In this document: piece after piece, positions 49,286-58,188 of the stretch
How positions within the stretch are numbered: position 1 is the stretch's first letter
Layout: each line of letters begins with the position of its first letter
IMG/VR virus record: IMGVR_UViG_3300031951_000001
Span: 1-64,000 of that record
Direction: 5' to 3' (one strand)
DNA length: 64,000 nt
The notes under the pieces: generated by a model
What the model was told of the DNA's origin: nothing
Databases searched by the model: none
The model's input: the letters and a program-made list of their open reading frames with translations, nothing else
Made by a program: the position numbers and the translations under genes

Positions 49286-49987
49286 ATGGAAAATCTTGAT
49301 TACTTGAAACTTCAAAAGAAAATCGTCAATTCTGAAAATTTAGATGAGTTAAAGGACGCGGTAAAAGAAGTTAATCAATTTGTCAAAGATAAAAAAATAA
49401 AATCAGGTTCTGACGAGTTTAAAAAACTACAGGAAAGAATCAACATAGTATTAATCAAATTGAGAAAGAAATTAAAAACAGAACAAAAAACTATTGTTGT
49501 TACAGAGCAACAATTAAGTAGAATAGTTAAATTATTGTCGGAAGTTGATTCAACGTCACAGGACATTATTGATAGAATTCTTGACCAAATTTCAAAACAC
49601 GGGGAAGAATCATTGTCTCCATCACAAAAGAAAAAGTTACAAGATTTTAGTTCGGGTAAATCATTAGAATATGATAAACCAAAATTCAGAGATAGACCAG
49701 GTGTAACATTTGAATCACAAGAAGAACCCACTGTTTCATTTACATTACTTGAAACAATTGAAACTGAAGATGGTCATGAATACTTGGGTGAAGTTGTGTT
49801 TATGGAAAATGAATACACCGGATTTGTAACTACCGATGAGAATGAAGAACTCACATCAATTGAGTTTGAAAACTTAAATACACAAAAAGATTTATTAGAA
49901 GACGCGGGAGACAATGTCCCCCACATCGTAAGTTTTTTCGAAGGTGTGGTAATGGGATTAGCCGATGAGGACAATCCTTACGATTGA
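49286..49987 (+). CDS. Modular protein with internal leader
   Basis: Internal KTIVVTEQQLSRIVKLLSE; TATTTAT upstream. Confidence 0.65.
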   Translation: MENLDYLKLQKKIVNSENLDELKDAVKEVNQFVKDKKIKSGSDEFKKLQERINIVLIKLRKKLKTEQKTIVVTEQQLSRIVKLLSEVDSTSQDIIDRILDQISKHGEESLSPSQKKKLQDFSSGKSLEYDKPKFRDRPGVTFESQEEPTVSFTLLETIETEDGHEYLGEVVFMENEYTGFVTTDENEELTSIEFENLNTQKDLLEDAGDNVPHIVSFFEGVVMGLADEDNPYD

Positions 49988-50469
49988 GTTTTTGGTTTTC
50001 TACCCCTTTTCTTTTTTTCAGGTACTGGAGTTGGCGTCGGGGCGTTAATAGATAATTCAGTTAATTCAACACCATCCTCATCATCCTTGTGAAGTTTTTT
50101 GTAATTTTTCCAAGAAATTAGAAAACCAATAAAAATTAGTGAGATAAAGATTAAGATAGTTATTAGCATAGTTTTTCAGATAAATATATAAAAAAACCCC
50201 TTTTAGTAGGGGTTTTTAATTATTTGGTTAATTTAATTTTATCGTTTCTTCTCCAAGACGTGAGCTCGTTCGATTGCCATTTCTTGAGTTTTAAATCCTT
50301 TTTCTACCAATTTCTTGGCGTGATAGATTTGAAAGTCAGTTGATGCTACTTCGGGACCCATGTGTTTGGATGACCCATCTTTTTTTGGACGGAATGAATC
50401 TTTACCATAAATGTCGTAGTGACCTACTTTGGTCATATAACGACCTCGTGAATTACCTTTTGTTGCCAT
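49978..50469 (-). CDS. Two small proteins (49978..50169 membrane-anchored with basic tail; 50239..50469)
   Basis: ORFs separated by a terminator at about 50192-50218. Confidence 0.6.
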
Positions 50470-50555
50470 GTTTATATAAAATTATTAATTTTGTTTGATG
50501 GTACAAATATATGAAACAAATCGATTGAAAACAGAAAAAAAATAAAAAATATTTT

Positions 50556-51334
50556 TTGATACCATATATTTTTTCACTTACATTTGTTCAAATGAAAATA
50601 CAATTAAACCCTTTCTCGCAAGTATTGTTGAGTGAATCTCACAAAGAAATTGTTTTGTTACCCTCACCCCAATTACATTATTACGATAAAGTAATGGGGA
50701 AAAACGATTGGACTATCGTCTTATCTATTAAGTTTATTATATGGGAAGTAGGATTGGCTATGGTTAAACCTGCGGAAATTATTAATACCAATAAAAATCA
50801 AGAACTGTAATGAGTAAAATATTAAGTAATTTTAAGAACATACATTTCTTGTGGTTAGTAGGTGTAATTTGTTTTTTGTCATTCTACATTCCTGTTGCTT
50901 GTTTTACAACATATTCAGATTATGTTCCCGAATGGACTCTACCGATATTTGTTTTTTCAACCATGATTCCACTTTGGTTTCATGAGTTTTTATGGAGGAC
51001 CGCTCAAATAGGGTCGGCTTCATATTTGGGGTTTCATGAGTTACATTTTGAGGATAGAAAATGGAAAAAGAAAACTTGTAATCCATTTTACTTTTTGTTT
51101 CACTATTTTTGGTGGTTAAGAAGAAAACCAATATTTTGGTTAATGACTTTAGCAATTATCGGGAGTCTTATTTACGGATATGTTGCTCCCTACGATGAGG
51201 ATGGGATTCACCCATTCACTCCTTTCCACGGTATAAATGCTATTTGGTGGCTTGGAATTATAAAAGATTTTGTTATATTTAGAAACGACGCTAAAGAAGG
51301 ATTAATTAGACATTATAGACACAATTACGAATGA
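50556..51334 (+). CDS. Hypothetical protein (about 50592..50810) and polytopic membrane protein (50810..51334)
   Basis: TACATTTG upstream; several TM helices. Confidence 0.6.
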
Positions 51335-53145
51335 AACATTTAATTTTATTACTATCAATTTTACTATCGTCTCTAACTTCATTTTCACAATGTGGTGGAG
51401 CTCTTACATTTGATTTAAGTACCCCACCAGCCGCTGACGGAACATACCCCCCCAACACAACCATAGAACTTTGTGTTACAATGACCGGATGGAATGGTAA
51501 TGCCCAAGGGTCTAATTGGATGGAAGGTTTCGGATTAACATTGGGAGCGGGATGGGTAGTTGTGAATCCAACACTTCCTCCTGACGATGCTGACGCAGAT
51601 GCAAGCGGAACTTGGTTATGGATGAATACTGTAACTTCTGATGCCACAGGTTTGGTGGCAGGTCCTGGTTATTTCTTTGAAGGTCCGACAGGCCCAACAG
51701 ATGGTAACCCCGGTAATGACTGGGGTGACTATTGTATGAATGGAGATTGTGTTTGGACTTTCTGTGTCGAACTTACTTCATCGGGTAATAGTGGTGACCC
51801 TTTAAATATTGAGGTACAAAACTTTTCTGATGGTACTATGGGGAGTTGGGGTAATGCCGATTGTGTAGGTCAAGACCCACCTGTTAGTATTTTTATTGGA
51901 GAGGTTGGATGTAACACATATGGATGTACAAACGCTGCGGCTTGTAACTATGATGCCAACGCGGCTTGTGATGATGGTAGTTGTATTTTACCAGGTTGTA
52001 CCGACCCACTTGCCTGTAACTTTGATTTAAACGCACCCTGTGATGACGGTAGTTGTACTTATGGTGGATGTACCGACCCAATTGCCTGTAACTTCAATCC
52101 ACTTGCGGGATGTGATGACGGAACTTGTAACTATTTCAGTATGGGGGACATAACCCATAATTTTATCCCATGTCCTGACACAACTTGTACTGGTTCAGAG
52201 GTAATGTATTCAGTTACAGGAAATATTACTTCCACATATGATTGGCAAGTTTCAGGTGGAGGACTTGTAACTACTGACCTCACAAAAGATTGTGAAATTA
52301 TTTGGGGGGACATTCCTGGAACATATACAATTACGGTACAAGAAACTACGGAGGAAGGATGTGTCGGAGTAATTAAAACTTGTGAAGTTGAACTTATCAT
52401 ACCCGATATTATATTCAATCATAACTCATTTTCAATGTGCTTAAATTCGTCGGATGAGATTATACCGTTTCCGCAAGGTGGAAGTTGGTCTTCAGAGTTT
52501 ATGAATGGAAACACATTTGTTGGAACCAAACCTGGAACATATCATCCATCCTACCTTACTAATATTCACGGATGTGACATCCAAGAAGAAGTTGAGGTTG
52601 TTGTTAAAAGAAAATACGAAGCTCCAAATATTATTTATAGTGCCGAGTTAATTGACCTTTGTTTTGATTCGGGAGTTCAAACATATATTGCTGAAGATAC
52701 AGTTGGTGTAACATACGGATGGTTTATCGACGAAGTTAAACAATTATCGAACGAAAATAATATGACAATCGAATGGTATGATACTACACGAACTTATATT
52801 GTTAAGGTGATTGCTTACGACGAGATTGGTTGTGAAAGTGAACCAAAATTAATATCCGTAAAAACCGAATCCTGTCAGAGATTTTTCGCACCAAACTCAT
52901 TTACGCCTAATGGTGATGGAACAAACGACATTTTTGAAGTCAGAGGATTGTCAGTTTATAGACCAATGATGAGAGTATTCAATAGGTGGGGTGTGGTAGT
53001 TTATGAATCATCAAATCTTTGGTGGACTGGTGATAGTGGAAGTGGTTACTATTGTGACAATGGAATCTATAATTGGATAATTGAATATAAAGATAAATTC
53101 GGACAGAATAAACAAGAGTCCGGTTATGTAACACTTATTAGGTAA
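51331..53145 (+). CDS. Secreted Cys-rich repeat protein with T9SS type-B (gliding-motility-associated, CHU_C-like) C-terminal domain
   Basis: Signal peptide SFS|Q; three GCT(N/D)..ACN..A.CDDG(S/T)C repeats; FAPNSFTPNGDGTNDIF..FNRWG..GYVTLIR. Confidence 0.88.
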   Translation: MKHLILLLSILLSSLTSFSQCGGALTFDLSTPPAADGTYPPNTTIELCVTMTGWNGNAQGSNWMEGFGLTLGAGWVVVNPTLPPDDADADASGTWLWMNTVTSDATGLVAGPGYFFEGPTGPTDGNPGNDWGDYCMNGDCVWTFCVELTSSGNSGDPLNIEVQNFSDGTMGSWGNADCVGQDPPVSIFIGEVGCNTYGCTNAAACNYDANAACDDGSCILPGCTDPLACNFDLNAPCDDGSCTYGGCTDPIACNFNPLAGCDDGTCNYFSMGDITHNFIPCPDTTCTGSEVMYSVTGNITSTYDWQVSGGGLVTTDLTKDCEIIWGDIPGTYTITVQETTEEGCVGVIKTCEVELIIPDIIFNHNSFSMCLNSSDEIIPFPQGGSWSSEFMNGNTFVGTKPGTYHPSYLTNIHGCDIQEEVEVVVKRKYEAPNIIYSAELIDLCFDSGVQTYIAEDTVGVTYGWFIDEVKQLSNENNMTIEWYDTTRTYIVKVIAYDEIGCESEPKLISVKTESCQRFFAPNSFTPNGDGTNDIFEVRGLSVYRPMMRVFNRWGVVVYESSNLWWTGDSGSGYYCDNGIYNWIIEYKDKFGQNKQESGYVTLIR

Positions 53146-53399
53146 TGTACGATAGAAAAGTTATGTTAAGATTATTTTGGTCCATTGTTTTCATTATATT
53201 GTTATGTATAATGACATTATTGGTCGGATGTACGAGTAGAGAAAAACAAAAAGAAATTAGTGTATATGATGTTGATACATTAGATACAGAATACTCCGTT
53301 TATATAATTGATAGTTGTGAGTATATAATTTTTTACGGAGGTAGTTCGACTTGGGGAAGTCATAAAGGAAATTGTAGTAATCCGATTCACAATAGATAA
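53145..53399 (+). CDS. Small lipoprotein
   Basis: LLVG|C; HKGNCSNPIH tail. Confidence 0.6.
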   Translation: MYDRKVMLRLFWSIVFIILLCIMTLLVGCTSREKQKEISVYDVDTLDTEYSVYIIDSCEYIIFYGGSSTWGSHKGNCSNPIHNR

Positions 53400-53418
53400 T
53401 TTGCCGTATATTCGCGGT

Positions 53419-54480
53419 ATGAATGAGGTTTTGAATAGATATTATGAGGAAGGATTGGTGTATAAACAAGTACATCCGACCCTTCCTTTGACTATTTGGA
53501 ATTATTCTGAAAAGGTTCAGTATGATAATTTATGGGATGATATAACTTTACAAACTCGAGGTCTTGTAACTGATGACGAGGGTAATATAATCGCAAGACC
53601 ATTTCGTAAATTTTTCAATGACACTGAAGGAAGACATACTCCGACAGAAGAATTTGATGTTTATGAAAAAATGGACGGTTCTTTAGGTATCCTATTTAAT
53701 TATCAAGGTGAATGGGTTATGGCTACCCGAGGGTCATTTGTATCTGAACAAGCAATCAAAGGTTTTGAGATTCTCAAGAATTATGATTATGAAAAACTTC
53801 ACAAGAATTACACTTACCTGTTTGAGATAATCTATAAGGAAAACAGAATAGTGGTTCAGTATGATTATGATGACTTAATCCTTATTGGTGTGATAGAAAC
53901 CAAAACCGGATACGAAGTTGATTTACATGATGGAGAAAATGATATCAGGTTGAGGAATATGATACATAATCTTGGGTTTAAATTGGTAAAAAAATACGAC
54001 CAACTTAAAAATTTTTCTCACTTGAAAGATTTTATACCCGACAATAAAGAAGGGTATGTTATAAAATTTTCTAACGGCGAAAGAATAAAAATCAAAGGTG
54101 AAGAATACTTAAGATTACATAAACTGATGACAAATGTCTCAACAACTGCGGTTTGGGAAATGTTAAGTGAGGGTCGTGATGTCTTGGAAATACTGAAAGA
54201 TGTTCCTGATGAATTCTATAAAAGAATAAAGATGTATGTTTTAGATTTGAGATATTCTTATTTATCTTATAGTGAATACGCGGGAAAAATGCATGACAAA
54301 TTCCGTTACGGTAAATTTAACGATAGATATCCCGAGCCGACCAAAAAAGAATTTGCGGAATTTTTGACATTGAATAATATTGACCCGAAGGTGAAAGCAT
54401 TATGCTTTGCGATATGGGACAATAAGAATTATGATAAAATGATATGGAAATATATAAAACCTGAATTTAAAAGATTATGA
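53419..54480 (+). CDS. T4 Rnl1-like RNA ligase
   Basis: ARPFRKFFN, EKMDGS (motif I), ATRGSF, FEII, EGYVI and RIKIKGEEY; start ATG 53419. Confidence 0.9.
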   Translation: MNEVLNRYYEEGLVYKQVHPTLPLTIWNYSEKVQYDNLWDDITLQTRGLVTDDEGNIIARPFRKFFNDTEGRHTPTEEFDVYEKMDGSLGILFNYQGEWVMATRGSFVSEQAIKGFEILKNYDYEKLHKNYTYLFEIIYKENRIVVQYDYDDLILIGVIETKTGYEVDLHDGENDIRLRNMIHNLGFKLVKKYDQLKNFSHLKDFIPDNKEGYVIKFSNGERIKIKGEEYLRLHKLMTNVSTTAVWEMLSEGRDVLEILKDVPDEFYKRIKMYVLDLRYSYLSYSEYAGKMHDKFRYGKFNDRYPEPTKKEFAEFLTLNNIDPKVKALCFAIWDNKNYDKMIWKYIKPEFKRL

Positions 54481-55151
54481 ACATTTTAATTAAATACCCC
54501 TCGAGAGGAAGACCCGAGTTGTTTAAACAAACAACACAAAAATTTATAGATAAATTATCAGCTAAACACGATGTTAAATTTGTTTTTTCTCTTGATATAG
54601 ATGATAAAACTATGAATAATTCTGAAATTATTGAGTTTATGATGTCATTACCCATCAAGAAGAAGATAAATTTTAGAAATAATAAAAGTAAAGTAGATGC
54701 GATAAACACAGATTTGGACGATGAAAAATTTGATATTTTAATCTATATACAGGATGATTTGACACCAATTATTCATGGGTATGATGATTTGATTGCAAAC
54801 CAATTTGAAAAATCGGAGTATGGTCTGGATTGTATGATACATTTTCAGACCCCAAGATGGTCCGATTCTTTGGACATATATTGTGTGATGGGTAAAAAAT
54901 ATTATGATAGATTTGGATATGTATATCATCCGTCTTATAAGGCTCTTTTTTGTGATGACGAATACACCGAAGTTTCTAAATTATTAGGTAGAAATGTTTT
55001 TGTACCCGGCATTGACCCATTTCATCATAATCATGGTTTAATACAAGGGGATGAAGTTGAAATGACAAATAGGTCTCATGGAAATGAGGATTGGGCTCTT
55101 TTACAGCAAAGAAGAGAGAATAATTTTTATTTGGATTTATCATCAAATTAA
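54477..55151 (+). CDS. GT-A (GT2-like) glycosyltransferase
   Basis: IKYPSRGRP..DILIYIQDD..YHPSYKALFCDDE. Confidence 0.75.
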   Translation: MNILIKYPSRGRPELFKQTTQKFIDKLSAKHDVKFVFSLDIDDKTMNNSEIIEFMMSLPIKKKINFRNNKSKVDAINTDLDDEKFDILIYIQDDLTPIIHGYDDLIANQFEKSEYGLDCMIHFQTPRWSDSLDIYCVMGKKYYDRFGYVYHPSYKALFCDDEYTEVSKLLGRNVFVPGIDPFHHNHGLIQGDEVEMTNRSHGNEDWALLQQRRENNFYLDLSSN

Positions 55152-55168
55152 CAATAATTTTTTTTAAT

Positions 55169-55873
55169 ATGAAAGCGATTGTGTTAGGAAAAGGGAAGTT
55201 GGGAAGTGAAATTGTTAAACAAACGGGATGGGACTACTTGTGTAGGGCTGAACATGAAATTACAATTGATAATTTCGATGAGTGGAAAAATAAAATGGAC
55301 GATTACGATGTGGTTGTTAATTGTATTGCAAACACCGATACGTATTCGGATGACAAGGACAAACATTGGAAAGCCAATTACGAGTTAGTAACTTACTTGG
55401 CGGAGTATTGTGATGACTACGGAAAGAAGTTGGTTCATATATCGACCGATTACCTTTATCAAAATTCGGTAACAGAAGCAACCGAAGAAGACGAACCATT
55501 GTTTGACCATACTTGGTATATGTTCACTAAATTATTGGCTGATGAATATTTGAAAGAACATGCGAAAAATTATTTGATTTGTAGATTGTCACATAAACCA
55601 TATCCATTTCCTTATCATAGTGCTTGGACTGATGTGATGACAAACGCCGATTATACACCAGTAATTTCTGATTTAGTTATTAAATTAATTGAAGGAGGTG
55701 CTAGTGGTTTGTATAATGTTGGTACAGAAAAAAAGTCAATTTACCAACTGGCCAAAAGAACCAAAGAAGATGTTAAAGAAATATTTTCACCACCACACGT
55801 ACCAAAAGATATTTCGATGAATTTGTCAAAAATGGAAAAATTCTTATTAAATTTGTATCAAGTATCGGAGTAA
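55169..55873 (+). CDS. RmlD-like NAD-dependent sugar-nucleotide reductase
   Basis: VLGKGKLG, VVNCIANT, HISTDY, YMFTK and GLYNVG motifs. Confidence 0.8.
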   Translation: MKAIVLGKGKLGSEIVKQTGWDYLCRAEHEITIDNFDEWKNKMDDYDVVVNCIANTDTYSDDKDKHWKANYELVTYLAEYCDDYGKKLVHISTDYLYQNSVTEATEEDEPLFDHTWYMFTKLLADEYLKEHAKNYLICRLSHKPYPFPYHSAWTDVMTNADYTPVISDLVIKLIEGGASGLYNVGTEKKSIYQLAKRTKEDVKEIFSPPHVPKDISMNLSKMEKFLLNLYQVSE

Positions 55874-55879
55874 ATTATT

Positions 55880-57089
55880 ATGGATAAAAAATTATATGTT
55901 ATAAAACTAAAACATAATTTGACCGACATTGTTTTGGGTGAAAAAATTATTATACCACAAGGGGAAATTATTTTAAATAATATCAGCAGTGATACTTTAT
56001 CTCTGATTGATTTTCCCCTTGTGGTGAGAGAATACGGAAACGGTATTAAGACATTCGCACAAAAAACTGACTGTACAATTGAAGAGATATGAAGATTAGA
56101 TTAGTTGAAACGGATACACCATCGAGAGTTAGCTTCATGGGTAAAAAATTATCTTTTTATTCCAAAGATGTTTATCACAGAACTAAAATCTCGAACCCAC
56201 AACATATAATTGTTGTTGATGAGAATGAAAAAATGATTTCATCTAGCTCGTCAGAACTAACTCCGGATTTTATAATATCAGATGATGATATTAAGTCAAT
56301 CGTTGAATTTCACAACAGAACAGGTAATTTACCTGACTTTTATTTGTTTGAAAAGGATGTTTGATATATCTTTGTAAAATTATTAGAAATGGATAAAGAT
56401 TTTATATCGGATGAGCTGAAAATTCGGCTCATAGAATATGGGTTTGATATACCCGATGTTGATGATGTTTTGTATCAACAAGCATTTAGATGGTTTAGAG
56501 AAAACAAAAATTTATTTGGGTTTGTAGAACAAATAACTAAACACACATATAAATTTTTTGTAAAAGATTTTAGTGAAAATAAAGGATTGGTATTTTCTAG
56601 TTATGTTTATGATAACTATGAGGAAGCTCAATTGGAATGTCTAAAGAAACTATTTGAAATTTAATTATATGACAAGGTTAGAACGCAAAAGCAATTTTCA
56701 AGAACAGGACAGTATGGACGCAGGTCGCGGGGTATTTGGTCTCATGGATGGAGTTATGATGAAAGTTTTTCGGATTAATGATGATGAACTTGATAAGATT
56801 TGTGAATTGGCAACCGACGATGAGTTGGAACTTTTTACAAAGGAGGATAGAACAATCAGTGAGTCAAAACAATTACTAATGTTTCTAAAAGAAAAAATTT
56901 ACATCAATGGAAAATAAATGGTTTAACTTCAAGACAAAGGTCATCCAAAAAATTGCTCAAATTTTTGGAGTAAAGGTTCATGTCTTCCAAAGTTTGTCTA
57001 ACATAAAAACAATAGACACTGACGACATCGAATCTCCTAACGATTACAAACAACCAACAAGCGTACCCGAGCGCCAAATCGGAGATTAA
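55880..57089 (+). CDS. Run of five small hypothetical proteins
   Basis: 55880..56092, 56089..56364, 56389..56664, 56654..56917 and 56907..57089; coupled. Confidence 0.6.
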
Positions 57090-57090
57090 A

Positions 57091-58179
57091 ATGTTATCAG
57101 ATAAAATTAAAAATATAATATTCGAATATCTTTTAGATGAAATCTATAAAGTTGAGATAATCTATTATCGCGACAGTGTATGGTTTATTGACAGAGAGAA
57201 TCGGTATTGGTATTTTGAATATCACAAAGTGGACAAACACCTTTGGTGGAGATGGTCTCATTTTACCACGGCTCTAACAATGTTTTCAATGGAGGCTGAA
57301 AAGGAACAGTATTTATTAGGTGAACTGGTTAATATGATTTTAACCAAGAAACAAAAACTTGAATCAAAGTATCCAAACAAGATATTCAAGACCGTTGGAA
57401 GTGTTATGAATTTTGGGGATAAGGTGGACGAGGTATTAAATAGCGAGGTAGAAACAACTCTTCATCGAAGGTTAGACCGTCGTTATCAGGTGGATGAGGT
57501 CCTAAATAACGAGGTAGAAACAACTGATGGTTATGGATGGAAACCAAGATTTGTGGTGGATGAGGTATTAAATAACGAGATAGAAACAACGGAAATGCAT
57601 CTCACCCCAAGGCAGTGGAAGGTGGACGATGTATTAAATAACGAGGTGGAAACAACATCCGGGTCTGACATAGCAATATCGCAAGGGTTGGGTGAGGTCC
57701 TAAATAACGAGGCGAAAACAACCGACAAAGTAGGTTCTCAATTCTGCGTAGAGGCGGATGCTGTCATAACTTTTGAGGTTGAAAAAACTAGTCATGGGAC
57801 ACTGATTGATGAAGATAAAATAATAGATGAGGTATTATCAGTTGACATTGAAACAATTGGATATTCAAAAACGCATAGGCTTCGTCCTGTAACAGGAGCA
57901 CTTGATTACAATGATAATCCGATTGAAATAAAATCAATTAGAAAATTAAAAGGTGAAAGTCCCCTCCAAGATGTTATCGTCAGTCAAATTCTTGATGAAT
58001 CAGATAAGGTGACCGACAAGCTCAAGATTAAAGAGGATGATTATGTTAAAACATATAGTCACGATGTTTATATGTGTGACCACCTTGTTCAGAATGTTTT
58101 AGATGTTGGTGTTAATTCAATACATTATGATGCTGAATCACACACTCCACTTATTGACGGAATACTAAAAAAGGCTTAA
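57091..58179 (+). CDS. Paralogue-family domain followed by 22-aa repeats (12 conserved + 10 variable residues)
   Basis: VDEVLNNEVETT repeated; N-terminal domain aligns with the 33856..34179 protein. Confidence 0.8.
   Translation: MLSDKIKNIIFEYLLDEIYKVEIIYYRDSVWFIDRENRYWYFEYHKVDKHLWWRWSHFTTALTMFSMEAEKEQYLLGELVNMILTKKQKLESKYPNKIFKTVGSVMNFGDKVDEVLNSEVETTLHRRLDRRYQVDEVLNNEVETTDGYGWKPRFVVDEVLNNEIETTEMHLTPRQWKVDDVLNNEVETTSGSDIAISQGLGEVLNNEAKTTDKVGSQFCVEADAVITFEVEKTSHGTLIDEDKIIDEVLSVDIETIGYSKTHRLRPVTGALDYNDNPIEIKSIRKLKGESPLQDVIVSQILDESDKVTDKLKIKEDDYVKTYSHDVYMCDHLVQNVLDVGVNSIHYDAESHTPLIDGILKKA
57423..57857 (+). repeat. In-frame CRISPR-like array: 36-nt repeats with 30-nt unrelated spacers
   Basis: Repeats start at 57423, 57489, 57555, 57621 and 57687, with degenerate copies at 57753 and 57822; consensus GGTGGATGAGGTATTAAATAACGAGGTAGAAACAAC. 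Confidence 0.9.
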
Positions 58180-58188
58180 ATTTGTAAA

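Noticed and set aside
51910-52135. Tandem DNA repeats of about 69 nt in the T9SS substrate gene
   Set aside because: They encode the familiar Cys-rich GCTDP.ACN repeat of Bacteroidota surface proteins; units are homologous throughout with no spacers.
57423-57857. Calling the repeat-spacer array a canonical CRISPR locus
   Set aside because: No cas gene in the window, repeats are non-identical with mainly synonymous changes, no repeat hairpin, and the array lies in an open frame. Kept as a repeat and a finding, not typed CRISPR.
31641-58179. Diversity-generating retroelement behind the variable paralogues or array
   Set aside because: No reverse transcriptase and no TR/VR pair differing only at adenines seen in the window. 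One elsewhere in the genome is not excluded.
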